From: a virus
Taxonomy: Duplodnaviria > Caudoviricetes
Direction: 5' to 3' (one strand)
IMG/VR virus record: IMGVR_UViG_3300032335_000196
Location: 1-35,794 of that record
Length of the DNA: 35,794 nucleotides
Part shown: one piece after another, positions 8,744 through 19,400 of the stretch
Numbering within the stretch: the first letter of the stretch is position 1
How the letters are laid out: each line of letters begins with the position of its first letter
Program-made: the position numbers and the translations under genes
Notes under the pieces: generated by a model
What the model was told of the DNA's origin: nothing
The model's input: the letters and a program-made list of their open reading frames with translations, nothing else
The model's database searches: none

Positions 8744-10716
8744 TGCCATTAAGTAAATTAGTATTTAAACCCGGTGTTAACCGAGATCAAACTAACTACG
8801 CATCTGAAGGTGGTTGGTATGAGACTCAGCTCGTCCGCTTTAGATCAGGCTATCCTGAAAAGTTTGGTGGTTGGACTGTATCTAACCTAAATGCTTATAC
8901 GGATTCTGCTCGCTCTATATTTTCATGGTCTACAACTGACGGAACTAGTTTACTAGGTATAGGTACTAACTCAAGAGTTTATGTAGGAGCAGGCACAACA
9001 CTATATGATATAACTCCTGTTTTTGCTACATATACAACCGCTACAACGCCAGATACAGATAATTGTATTGGTACTACAAACGGCTCTAAAACTGTTACTG
9101 TAACTCTTTCAGCACATGGATTAACCTCACTTACTTACGTAACATTTAGTGGTATTGCGGGACCTACAATTGGTGGTATTCCTGTAGCTGAAATGAACAC
9201 AACCGTGCAAATTACAGTTATTAATGCTAATACATTTACTTTTCAAGCAACGACTACTGCAACATCTACTACAACTGGACAAGGTGGCACTGCTATTACT
9301 GCTGTGTGTTATATGCCAGCAGGGTTCCCTATTACTACAGCAGGTTTTGGTTGGAGTACAGGTGTTTGGGGTAGAGGTACTTGGGGTTCTGGTTCTACAT
9401 CTCCAATATTTCAACCCGCTAGACTTATTTATATGGATAAGTTTAATAATGATTTAATATTTAATACACAATACGATACTGTATCAGGTGCAGGGGGATA
9501 CATATATTATTGGGTTTATACAAACTCCTTTAGTAATGATGCTGTTTTATTAAGTTCCGTATCAGGAGCAGTAGCAGTACCCCAAAAAGTAACTAAGATT
9601 ATGTTTACACCACAAGGTTTCTTACTTGCTTTAGGGTGTACTAATTATGATGCAGCTGCAGCTTCTCCTAACTATTTAGGTACTTATGATCCGTTACTTA
9701 TTCGTTGGTCTAACGTTGATCCTGATATTGGTCCTGAACCTGAAAATTGGCAACCAACTCTTACTAATACAGCTGGGTTCTTACGACTTCAATCAGGTTC
9801 TAGAATTATTACTGCAATTAATACTAGACAAGAAACATTAATATTTACTAACACTTCTTTAACATCATTACAATTTTTAGGTACAGCTGAAGTATTTGGA
9901 ATACAAGAACTATCTCATAACATATCTATTATTGGTCCTAATGCATTAGTAGGTTCTAACAATATTACTTACTGGATGGGACGTGATCGGTTCTATACTT
10001 ACTCTGGTCGTGTTGATACTTTACCTTGTACTATACGACAATACATATTTACTGATCTTAATTATGAGCAAAGTGCACTTATTTTTGCGGGGGTAAACAA
10101 CAAATTTACAGAGATTATTTGGTTCTATCCTTCAGCTGACTCTAATGAAATTAACCGATATGTTGTGTTTAATTATCTTGAAAACATTTGGTATTACGGA
10201 CAACTAGAAAGAACTGCATGGATTGATTCTGGTGTCTTTAATAACCCCGTAGGATTATCTGATGGTTGGGTATACCAACATGAAAATGGTAATAACGATG
10301 GTCAACCACTAGGAGCGCCTCCTCTTCCTATCACTGCTTATATTCAGTCTGCTGATATTGATATTGAGGATGGAGATAAATTTATGTTAATACGTCGTGT
10401 TATACCAGATATTAACTTTAGAGGTTCTGAAACTACTAATCCTGTTACAGGCGCTCCGATTGTTCCTGAAGCCGATATTACTGTGGGGGTACGTAACTTT
10501 CCTGGTGCTGCATCGTCTACTACAAATGCAGAAGGACAAACTACAGATGCTACAATTGTAACCGCTACAGCTACAGTAGATCAGTATACTAACCAAGTAT
10601 TTATTAGAGCTCGAGGCCGCCAAATGAACTTTAAGATTGCGTCAGACACAGTAGGTACACAATGGCAACTAGGTTTACCAAGAGTTGATGCACGACCAGA
10701 TGGAACGAGGTCATAA
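8743..10716 (+). CDS. Tail hub/DNA stabilisation protein (P22 gp10 / tail tubular B-like beta-propeller)
   Basis: 657 aa with KPG.N.....Y..EGGW...VRFR.G.PEK.GGW, IRWS, and NNKFTEI.WFYP...WY.G.L.RTAW.D motifs. Position in the tail module fits. Confidence 0.7.
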   Translation: MPLSKLVFKPGVNRDQTNYASEGGWYETQLVRFRSGYPEKFGGWTVSNLNAYTDSARSIFSWSTTDGTSLLGIGTNSRVYVGAGTTLYDITPVFATYTTATTPDTDNCIGTTNGSKTVTVTLSAHGLTSLTYVTFSGIAGPTIGGIPVAEMNTTVQITVINANTFTFQATTTATSTTTGQGGTAITAVCYMPAGFPITTAGFGWSTGVWGRGTWGSGSTSPIFQPARLIYMDKFNNDLIFNTQYDTVSGAGGYIYYWVYTNSFSNDAVLLSSVSGAVAVPQKVTKIMFTPQGFLLALGCTNYDAAAASPNYLGTYDPLLIRWSNVDPDIGPEPENWQPTLTNTAGFLRLQSGSRIITAINTRQETLIFTNTSLTSLQFLGTAEVFGIQELSHNISIIGPNALVGSNNITYWMGRDRFYTYSGRVDTLPCTIRQYIFTDLNYEQSALIFAGVNNKFTEIIWFYPSADSNEINRYVVFNYLENIWYYGQLERTAWIDSGVFNNPVGLSDGWVYQHENGNNDGQPLGAPPLPITAYIQSADIDIEDGDKFMLIRRVIPDINFRGSETTNPVTGAPIVPEADITVGVRNFPGAASSTTNAEGQTTDATIVTATATVDQYTNQVFIRARGRQMNFKIASDTVGTQWQLGLPRVDARPDGTRS

Positions 10717-10991
10717 TGTCTAATGTTCGTAGACCAAAAGCGCCTAACTTACCTATACCTACGATAGCGTATAGTCAGACGTACACAGAATCTTTTAGTA
10801 ATGCATTACGTTTATATTTTAATACTATAGATTCAGTTATTAATGGGTTATTATCACCGGATGCAGGCACTACAGCCGCTCGTCCAACCGTTGGTTTACA
10901 AATAGGACAACAATATTTTGATACAACAATTAATAGACCCATTTGGTGGAACGGAACTAATTGGATAAATGCTGCAGGAACTGTGGTTTAA
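10716..10991 (+). CDS. Small tail protein (position of a tail needle/plug gene)
   Basis: APNLP...Y......N.LRLYFN.ID helix plus GTTAARP...G..YFDTT...PIWWNGT.W fibre-like motif. TAATG-coupled. Confidence 0.55.
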   Translation: MSNVRRPKAPNLPIPTIAYSQTYTESFSNALRLYFNTIDSVINGLLSPDAGTTAARPTVGLQIGQQYFDTTINRPIWWNGTNWINAAGTVV

Positions 10992-10993
10992 CG

Positions 10994-11022
10994 TTGTATC
11001 GGCACTTTATTAATGATATTAT
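10994..11022 (+). promoter_or_regulatory. Putative sigma70-type promoter for the ejection-protein genes
   Basis: TTGTAT (10994-10999), 17-nt spacer ending TGa, TATTAT (11017-11022), then AAGGA RBS and ATG at 11047. Confidence 0.55.
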
Positions 11023-11046
11023 TACACTAATTCTTAAGGACTTTTT

Positions 11047-12627
11047 ATGGCACTTCATTCTACAGCACAAGGTTTAGCAACTCTAGGTCGACATGGTGAC
11101 TCTGTTTTGGTTCATATGCAACCACAAGAAGTCGCCGGTCTTCAAGCTTTAGCTAAATCACAAGGCACTTCGCTTACTATTAACCCTGATACAGGTATGC
11201 CAGAAGCATTTAGATTAGGTGAATTTTTTAGTTCACTACTTCCTACTCTTGCTGGCTTTATGGTTGGTGGTCCTGCAGGCGCTGCTATGGGACTTGAAGG
11301 CACAGCGGCAACATTAGCTCCTATTGCAGCTGGCGTGGCTACTGGTGCAGCAGTTGCTGGTGCCAAAGGCGATGATGTGCTAAGCGGCGCTTTAATGGGC
11401 GGTCTTGGTGGTTACGGTGGTGGAAATTTAGGTAGTGCATTTGGTAAAATGGGTGCTCAAGGGGGCTATCAAGCAGGTCAAGCAATTACTCAAGGCGTAC
11501 CTCAAACAACTCCAGCAGGCTTAGATGCTTTAAACACAGCACCCAATGCATTTTTTGGGTCAGCAAATACAACGCCTTCATTATTGACAAATAGCACAGG
11601 TGCAGCTTCAGGTGTTGGTGCAGCAGCTCCGATGAGTTATACACAAAGTCTTGGACAAATGGGCCGAGGGGCTATGGATTTATTAAAAACTGGTGGATAT
11701 GATAAATTTGTTTCTCCAGAGATTGGTGGCTCAGCCATGCAATTGGGTAGTTCGCTAGGTTTACCTGTATTAGCTGGTTTACAGCCAGAACCATATGATT
11801 ACGCTGGAGATGAAGCTAAACGTAAAGCCGAAGAAAATAAATATAGAGACCCTATAACAGGCAAACTTAACCTAAGCGCATCTTCAGGACTTAATCTTAC
11901 AGGGTTTGCAATGGGTGGCCAAGTTGATCTTAATCCCTCTGTAGGAGGTGGATTGTCTGATTTGTATAATCGTCCAGAAGGTGCTACAACCCAATCAATT
12001 TCTAGTGATGGATATGGTATGGGAAGATTAGATAGACTATCACAACAAGGTTCACTCGCTAAAGCAGGTGACATGTTCTACGCACAAGGCGGTCCAGTAA
12101 GTTTTGCTGATGGTGGTGATACAGGTATGAATGTAGAAGGTTTAGGTTCACTTAATGTAAATACTGGTATGCAAAGTGGTGCTGGTATGGGTGCTGGTAG
12201 GGGAGAGGGACTAAATAAAAACTTCTCAGATCTTATGTTTGAATCTATGTATAGAGGTATAGGACCAGAAACTGTCCGTAAAATGTTAGGAATGTCAAAA
12301 GCAGTAACACAAAATGTACCAAAATCATATGCGCTTAATGTAAACTCCGGACAACAAGAAGCTCAATACGCTCGCGGCGGTTATTTAAATGGTGCTGGTG
12401 ATGGTATGTCTGACTCAATACCTGCTACAATAGAAGGAAAACAACCAGCGCGTTTAGCTGACGGAGAATTTGTTGTGCCAGCAGATGTAGTAAGTCATCT
12501 AGGTAACGGCTCTTCTAAAGCTGGATCAAAAAGATTATATGCAATGTTAGACAAAGTAAGACACGCTCGTACAGGAAACAAAAAACAAGGTAAAGAAATT
12601 AATCCTGCTAAATACATGCCCGCATGA
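11047..12627 (+). CDS. Putative internal virion/ejection protein
   Basis: N-terminal GR.GD..LVHM...EV..L....G..TINP.TG.PEAF, Gly/Ala-rich hydrophobic helices, and C-terminal G.GDG.SDSIPA...RLADGEFV.PADVVS.LGNGS..AG..RLY domain. Confidence 0.65.
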   Translation: MALHSTAQGLATLGRHGDSVLVHMQPQEVAGLQALAKSQGTSLTINPDTGMPEAFRLGEFFSSLLPTLAGFMVGGPAGAAMGLEGTAATLAPIAAGVATGAAVAGAKGDDVLSGALMGGLGGYGGGNLGSAFGKMGAQGGYQAGQAITQGVPQTTPAGLDALNTAPNAFFGSANTTPSLLTNSTGAASGVGAAAPMSYTQSLGQMGRGAMDLLKTGGYDKFVSPEIGGSAMQLGSSLGLPVLAGLQPEPYDYAGDEAKRKAEENKYRDPITGKLNLSASSGLNLTGFAMGGQVDLNPSVGGGLSDLYNRPEGATTQSISSDGYGMGRLDRLSQQGSLAKAGDMFYAQGGPVSFADGGDTGMNVEGLGSLNVNTGMQSGAGMGAGRGEGLNKNFSDLMFESMYRGIGPETVRKMLGMSKAVTQNVPKSYALNVNSGQQEAQYARGGYLNGAGDGMSDSIPATIEGKQPARLADGEFVVPADVVSHLGNGSSKAGSKRLYAMLDKVRHARTGNKKQGKEINPAKYMPA

Positions 12628-13034
12628 AACAAATGCAAATAGTACATCCCAACTATATACATCAAGTTTGGGACAAAATAGAAACATTTTTTGACAGGGC
12701 GATGGGAGCAGGGACAGACGATTATAGCGTTGACCAGCTAAAAATGTTACTTACTGAAGGTAAACAAACCTTATTCGTGTTTGTAGAAGATGAAAAAATT
12801 ATTGGTGCTTTATCAGCAGAAGTTATTAATTACCCAAATAATAGAGTTGTTCATACTTCAGCTGTAGGCGGCAAGGGAATATTTGATGAAAACACCATTA
12901 AGCAATATGAGGACTGGGCTAAGTCTCAAGGTGCAACTAAAATTAGAGCGTTTGCAAAAGATGCTCAAGCAAGACTTTATAAAATAAAAATGGGTTTTAA
13001 TGTCGTGACAAACGTCGTGGAGAAAAATATATGA
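12624..13034 (+). CDS. GNAT-fold acetyltransferase-like virion assembly protein (P22 gp14/T7 gp13-like position)
   Basis: 136 aa ending WAKSQGATKI......ARLY..KMGF, a GNAT-like signature. ATGA-coupled on both sides among ejection genes. Confidence 0.6.
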   Translation: MKQMQIVHPNYIHQVWDKIETFFDRAMGAGTDDYSVDQLKMLLTEGKQTLFVFVEDEKIIGALSAEVINYPNNRVVHTSAVGGKGIFDENTIKQYEDWAKSQGATKIRAFAKDAQARLYKIKMGFNVVTNVVEKNI

Positions 13035-14614
13035 TTAATTTGTTCAACTGGGTAGACAAACTTGTAGACTACTTCACTTTTAATTTTGGTGGTGGTGGCG
13101 GAGGTTCACAAACTTCTACAGGTACTACTTATACATCTAATATACCTGAGTATGCTAAGCCTTTCTTTGAAGAGGCAATGAAACAATCTGCTAAAGAAGT
13201 ATTTACTACAGATGCTTCAGGTAATGTCACAGGTATTAAACCCGTTACGCCTTATCAAGGCCAAAGAATTGAAACATTTACTCCACAGCAATTAGCATTA
13301 CAACAACAAATTGCGGGACTTCAAACTCCAGGAGAGTTTGACCTAGCAAGTCAAGGACTAAATACAGCACTATCTCAAGGTCTAACTAGATCTCAAACTG
13401 GTCTAAATAAAGCTTTAGGTTATGATCCTTCTGTTATTTCGTCACAAAATACAGCAGCGCCAAACTTAATGAATTATCAAATGGCTGGGGTTAATAATAT
13501 CACTGCTCCGGCGTTGCAACAATACAAAATGAACGCAGCACAAATGGCTTATGACCCACGCCTTACTCAATATCAAATGGGCCCAGCACAAAATGTAGCG
13601 TCTCAGAATTTTGGTCAAGGTGCGGCGGATTATTACATGAGTCCCTATATACAAGCGGCCATCAATCCAGCGTTACGTGAAGCACGTTTACAAGGTGACT
13701 TACAAAAACAAGCAGGTATGACAGGGGCTATTGGTCGAGGTACTTTTGGTGGTGCACGTCAAGCCTTATTACAAGCAGAACAAGAGCGCGGTACTCAACG
13801 TACTATGGCAGATATTCAATCTACAGGTATGGAAAAAGCATATCAAAATGCTCAAGCTCAGTTCCAAGCAGATCAAGCGCGTCAATTACAAGCTCAACTA
13901 GCTAACCAACAGGCAGGTTTAACTACAGGTCAACAAAACTTATCTGCTTTACTTGGCGTACAACAACTAGGTACTCAATCTAGTTTACAAGCTCAATTAG
14001 CTAATCTTACTAATGCACAACAAGCTAATGTTCAAAACTTGGCGGCTCAACTACAAACTCAAGGGTTAAGTGCAGAGCAAGCAATGAGAGCAGCGTTGGC
14101 TAATCAACAAGCGCAACAAACAACGCAACAACAAAACTTAGCTGCTCTACTCGGCGTACAACAGTTAGGTGCTGGACAATCGCTAGAAGCTCAAAAAGCA
14201 AACCAAGCTGCTGGTTTACAAGCTCAACAACTTACACAACAAGGTCAACAATATGCTGCTGGCTTAGGTAAAGATGTAGGCTTAGCTGGACTTGCTACTG
14301 CACTTGAAAGTTCTAAAGCTTTTGGTACTCTTGGTGCTGCTGAACAACAAGCTAATTTACAAAGACTTCAAACACAAGCTGCATCAGCTAAAGAAAAACA
14401 AGCGCTTGATCAACAAATACTTGATCTTCAATATCAAAAATTCATGGAACAACAAAACAGAGCTAAACAACAACTTGAATTTTACAATGCGATGCTTCGC
14501 GGCACTCCTGGTTTGGCTTCGACTCAAATTCAATATGCGCCTCAACCTTCGGCTATATCACAACTTGGTGGACTTGGTTTGGGTGCGTTAGGTCTTTCTA
14601 AAGCTTTCGGATAA
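13031..14614 (+). CDS. DNA transfer/pilot (ejection) protein, Gln/Ala-rich
   Basis: GGGGGG...T...IPEYAKP, YMSPY, G.FGG.RQA motifs, 11-residue Gln-rich helical repeats and a C-terminal GGLGLGALGL hydrophobic tail. Confidence 0.7.
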   Translation: MINLFNWVDKLVDYFTFNFGGGGGGSQTSTGTTYTSNIPEYAKPFFEEAMKQSAKEVFTTDASGNVTGIKPVTPYQGQRIETFTPQQLALQQQIAGLQTPGEFDLASQGLNTALSQGLTRSQTGLNKALGYDPSVISSQNTAAPNLMNYQMAGVNNITAPALQQYKMNAAQMAYDPRLTQYQMGPAQNVASQNFGQGAADYYMSPYIQAAINPALREARLQGDLQKQAGMTGAIGRGTFGGARQALLQAEQERGTQRTMADIQSTGMEKAYQNAQAQFQADQARQLQAQLANQQAGLTTGQQNLSALLGVQQLGTQSSLQAQLANLTNAQQANVQNLAAQLQTQGLSAEQAMRAALANQQAQQTTQQQNLAALLGVQQLGAGQSLEAQKANQAAGLQAQQLTQQGQQYAAGLGKDVGLAGLATALESSKAFGTLGAAEQQANLQRLQTQAASAKEKQALDQQILDLQYQKFMEQQNRAKQQLEFYNAMLRGTPGLASTQIQYAPQPSAISQLGGLGLGALGLSKAFG

Positions 14615-14623
14615 GGATAAATT

Positions 14624-16450
14624 ATGAACATTATTAAAATTCAAGATCAATTAAAAAATGCACCAGATGATGCATTAGTTGGTTATGTTCAAAACCCTAC
14701 AGGCCATGTACCAACCTATTTAGCGTTAAGTGAATTACAACGCAGAAAAGAAATGCGAGATTCATACCAAGCTAACAAACCTGAAGAAAAAACTGTAGCT
14801 GAAGATCTAGTTCAAGAGGCTCAACCTCAACCACAAATGGAAGGTTTAGCAGGGTTACCTGAAGCTCAACCTATGATGGAAGCTATGGCTCCTCCTCCAG
14901 AAATGCCGATGCAACAAATGGCACAAGGTGGTTTAGCTGAACTAGATGTAGGTGATATGTTTGATGAAGCTAACTATGCACAGGGTGGTATTGTTGCATT
15001 CGCTGATGGTGGTGATACAGAAAAAGGTATGAACTTAGACAATATGTCTTCACTTGATTCAAATACAGAAGGTGGTGAAGGAGCTACTCCTTTAGATAGA
15101 GAAGCTTTTTTAAATTTATTACTATCCCAAGGAAATACAGGAAGTTCTATGAATTTAAATAGTATGCCAGCACTTAATGTAAATACAGGAAGTAGTGGGT
15201 CAGATTTTCCTTTAGATAGACTTGTAGGAGGTCGTCCTGGAGCTTTTATGGATGCAGTACTACGAGCATCAGGTCAACAACAAGGTCAAGGCATGGCACA
15301 AGGCGGCGAAGTTAAACGCTTTGCAGGTCTTGATGGTTCTTATGTTAACCCAGAATTATATGGTAGACCAACTAATCAATCATTTTTAGACAAACTTAGG
15401 TTTGGTTTTTCAAGTCCAGATGAAATAAGAAAATCTAATATGGGCGAAGGCATGCCACAAAATCCATTTATGGGATATATGCCAGATGCTAATAGAGATC
15501 CGATGACTATCCAAGCTCAAATAGGTGAACTCTATAAACAATTAAATATTCCTGGTGTAGATAAAACTGCAATATATCAACAAATTAATGAGTTAGAAGG
15601 ACGTAATAAACGCCCATATGACATGGGTGGATACCAACTAACTAAAGAAGATTTAGCTCCGCCTAAACCACCTAAACCACAAGATCAAAACAAAGGTAAA
15701 GGTGCAGGTCCTAACCCATTTGATGCTATGATGTCTAAAGAAAAATCTTTAAAAGAACTAAGTGATGAATATATGGGTATTCTTGGTGAAGATAAAGGTG
15801 CTAAAAGATTATCTGAAAGATTAGCTAAGATGGATGAAAAAGCTGCTAAACAAGAAGAACAAGCGCCGTGGTTAGCATTAGCTAAAGCTGGTTTTGAAAT
15901 GGCTAATACTCGTGCAGAATACGGTAAAGCTGCTGAAACTCCATTTGCATCTCTTGCTCGAGGTGCTGGTGCAGGTATTAAAGATTATGCTGAGTCTAAA
16001 GAAGCACTTAATAAACTTGAAGAAAAACGTTTCCTCCTTGATAATGAATTATCTAAACAATCTCGTGCGGAACAAGTTGCAGCTCTCAATTACGGCAAAG
16101 ATAGTAAGCAACATACAGAACAAATGAATAAAACAATTCAGTTAGCTAAAATGAAAGATAATACTGAAAGAGAACTTGCCAACTTAGAAAATAATACTAA
16201 ACTTATTACCGCTATGCAAAAAGGTAATTGGGATAAAAAAGATTATTTCAAAGCTTATAATGAAGTTGCAGAAAGTGACGCATTCAAACAAGCTGAAAAA
16301 AATTATATAAATGAAAAAGGTTCTTGGGTAGTAGGCAGCCCAAAATATAATCAATGGAAAGATCTTACGATTAAACAACTTATTAGACAATCAGAAAGTG
16401 CCTCTGGAGCCCCTGCAGACGCGTGGACAAACTTCCAAAAATCTAACTAA
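14624..16450 (+). CDS. Putative ejection protein
   Basis: AAGGA RBS. VP.YLALSEL.RR N-terminal domain, repeated [MYF]AxGG motifs, ALAKAGFEMA..F..LARGA amphipathic helices and a charged coiled coil. Confidence 0.6.
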   Translation: MNIIKIQDQLKNAPDDALVGYVQNPTGHVPTYLALSELQRRKEMRDSYQANKPEEKTVAEDLVQEAQPQPQMEGLAGLPEAQPMMEAMAPPPEMPMQQMAQGGLAELDVGDMFDEANYAQGGIVAFADGGDTEKGMNLDNMSSLDSNTEGGEGATPLDREAFLNLLLSQGNTGSSMNLNSMPALNVNTGSSGSDFPLDRLVGGRPGAFMDAVLRASGQQQGQGMAQGGEVKRFAGLDGSYVNPELYGRPTNQSFLDKLRFGFSSPDEIRKSNMGEGMPQNPFMGYMPDANRDPMTIQAQIGELYKQLNIPGVDKTAIYQQINELEGRNKRPYDMGGYQLTKEDLAPPKPPKPQDQNKGKGAGPNPFDAMMSKEKSLKELSDEYMGILGEDKGAKRLSERLAKMDEKAAKQEEQAPWLALAKAGFEMANTRAEYGKAAETPFASLARGAGAGIKDYAESKEALNKLEEKRFLLDNELSKQSRAEQVAALNYGKDSKQHTEQMNKTIQLAKMKDNTERELANLENNTKLITAMQKGNWDKKDYFKAYNEVAESDAFKQAEKNYINEKGSWVVGSPKYNQWKDLTIKQLIRQSESASGAPADAWTNFQKSN

Positions 16451-19400
16451 TGGCTACATACAGTATTCAAGGACCAGATGGTAAAACCTACACCATAGAT
16501 GGACCAGATGGCGCTTCAAAAGAAGAAGTTGTCGCAGCCATACAACGTAAATCTATAGAAGCTTCTACGCCTCGTGATTACACATTAGGTGAAATTGTAG
16601 GTAAAGGATTTACTCGAGGCACTAAACAAATAGGTTCTGCTTTAGGTGATGTATTACCTGCTATGTTAGGTAGTGCGGTGGGTGCTGATGAATATGCTAA
16701 GCGTCAAATGGAAGAAGCTGCGGCTACTCAAGAAGAAATTGCTCTTAGATATGCACCTCAATATGGATCTACCAAAGACATACAGGGTGTAGGTGATGCT
16801 CTTAAATATGCATTAGAAGCTGTTTCAGAACAAGGTCCTAACATTGCTACATCCCTTATTCCTGGTGTTGGCGGTGCTGGTGTAGCGGGTGCTTTAGCTA
16901 GACGTGGTGTTGTTAGCGCTGCTGAAACAGCGGCTAAAGAAGCGGGAGAGGCTGCATTAACTGCAGGAGCTAAGCAAGCTTTATTAAAAGAATCTGCTGC
17001 TGATATTGCTAAAAAGCAAGCTATGGGTATGAATCTTGGTGTTTATCTTGGCTCATTCTCTCAAAACACTCCTGAAGTATTTCAAAATATTTATAACCAA
17101 ACTGGTGAATTAGCTCCCGGTGCGGCGCTCCTTGCAGGCTCAGTAAGTTCTGCGCTTGATTCTGCTCTACCTGCTTTTATACTTAAAAAGATTACTGGTC
17201 CTGCTAAGGTTGGACTAATAGAAAAAATACTTGAAGACTCAGGTATGCAAAAAGGTATTATCCGTAAGGCTGTATCAGCGCTTCCTGAAGCTGCGGCTAT
17301 GGAAGGTTTAACTGAAGGTACTCAAGAAGCCATCAGTATGGCAGCAGAACAATTTATATCTCAGAATAAAGACGTATTTAACTCAGAGGGTTGGAATCGT
17401 ATTATTGAGAGTGCGATTAAAGGTGCGGTTGTAGGCGGAGTATTCGGTGGTACATCAGGTGCTATTGAAGGAGCTAAAGATAAATTCACTAAGCCTATTA
17501 CGCCTAGCACCCAAGAGCCGACACCTGGTACTGAACCTGCTCCAACTGATTTACCTCCTATTACCCCGTTATCGCCTAGTGATGTCACTATTAACAAAGC
17601 CCTATTCGTTGACGAAGACCTCATAAATACACTTGGTTTACCTAAAAACGCTGGTATAGTTAAACGTATTAAAGACCTCGAAATCAACGAAGATAATGCC
17701 ACAGTTATTAAAGCTGAACTTAGTAAGTATCAAGGTGATGACGTAGTAAAAGAAAACATAAACAAATTATTTGATAGACCAGAATTTCAAGGAGTTCAAA
17801 TTGGACAACAACCTAGAGGAACTACTGCCACAGGACTTGGAGATGATATTTCAGTATCTAATGGATCCACTAAGAAGGCCCCTGCCGGTAAGGTTGCAGA
17901 CGTTGACGGAGCTGGAGTTACTGGGGCTGGAGTTGATGCTACAGAACTTAATGCAAGAGTTGAGGGAAGCGAAGCAGCTGAAACAAATACATTAACTAAG
18001 TCAGCTCTAGATCTACTCAAATCAGTAGCAGAAGGTGGTGTACCTGCGATGATGACTAACAACCTACGTAAAATTGCGATAGATAACGGCATTAAAGACA
18101 TCACACCTGCATGGACACCTAACCAAGTTATTGAAGCACTACAAACTAAATTAGCCGCAGCACCTGCCGCACCAACAATTAAAATCAATAAAGCTCCTGA
18201 AGTTCTTAAACAAGAACCTGAACTAACCCCAGAAGAAATCACTGCGGCAAACGCACCTAAAAAACAAACTAAATATGACTACTCAGGTATAACTCCGTTA
18301 TTAGATCGAGCTCTCAAAGAAGGTATTATCTCAAATGAGAACTATCAACAAGCTCAGAAGATGATGGAGAATGATACATTTAGTCCTCTTGAAATTGCCG
18401 CACAACTAGAGAATGCACAAAAACAAAGAGAAGCTGGTGTAACAGGTACAGGTAAAAAAGTATTACCTCCTGACCAACAAAAAGTAGCTAATGCTTGGAA
18501 TAACTTTAGTAAGCGAGTTAAGTTTGATGAATTAGTTGACCAAGATCAAGCTGTGATTACAGACGCGTTTAACAATGGAAAACTTGATAGAGACTTAGTA
18601 GACGAAATTATTCAAGATAGTGGATACTATGACTACTCTAAAAAAGATGTGAGCCGTGATATGAGTATTGTTAATACTATGGAAGAGCATGTAGATATTC
18701 ACGATGCAGTTAAAGGTTCAAAAACATTAGGCCAAGCATTAAAGAACGTTTTAGATAAGCATTCTGATATGTTATTACCTGCACAATCTAAGTTAATCAA
18801 TCGATTACTCAATGTTAGAAAAGCAGTTAATGCTAAGTTTAACCATAGCCCAACTAAATCTTCACCTCTAACTACTGACGATAGAATAGCAGTAGGTCAC
18901 TATACTCAAAACGCTCACGAAGTTACTCTATGGCAAGAAGGTGGACTAAAGACACTACTCCATGAAGCAGTGCATGCAGCTGCAATAACAGAGATGTATA
19001 ACCATATTGTTAAATCAGCTAAACGTAGTGGCAATAACTATATTAAAGATGCTAGAGGTAGATTGATATGGGAGCATAAGGTTAAAAATAATAGCCCTAT
19101 TGGTAAACAACTTTTTGCTATATTTAACGCAGCGAAAGAAGCAGCAGCAAAAGAAAAAAGAGAATACTATGGACTCACTAATATAGATGAGTTTATTGCT
19201 GAGACATTCTCAGATCCTATGTTCCAACTATTTTTAACAAGACAACCAAGTGTTTCTAATAAACCAGGTTCTAACTTATTACAAGACTTCTTAAACGCTG
19301 TAAGAGAAATGTTAGGCGTACCAGCAAGTCAAAAAACTATGTTTGATGATGTGGTTAATCTATCACCAACTTTATTTAAAGGTAAGCAAAACGTATTAGA

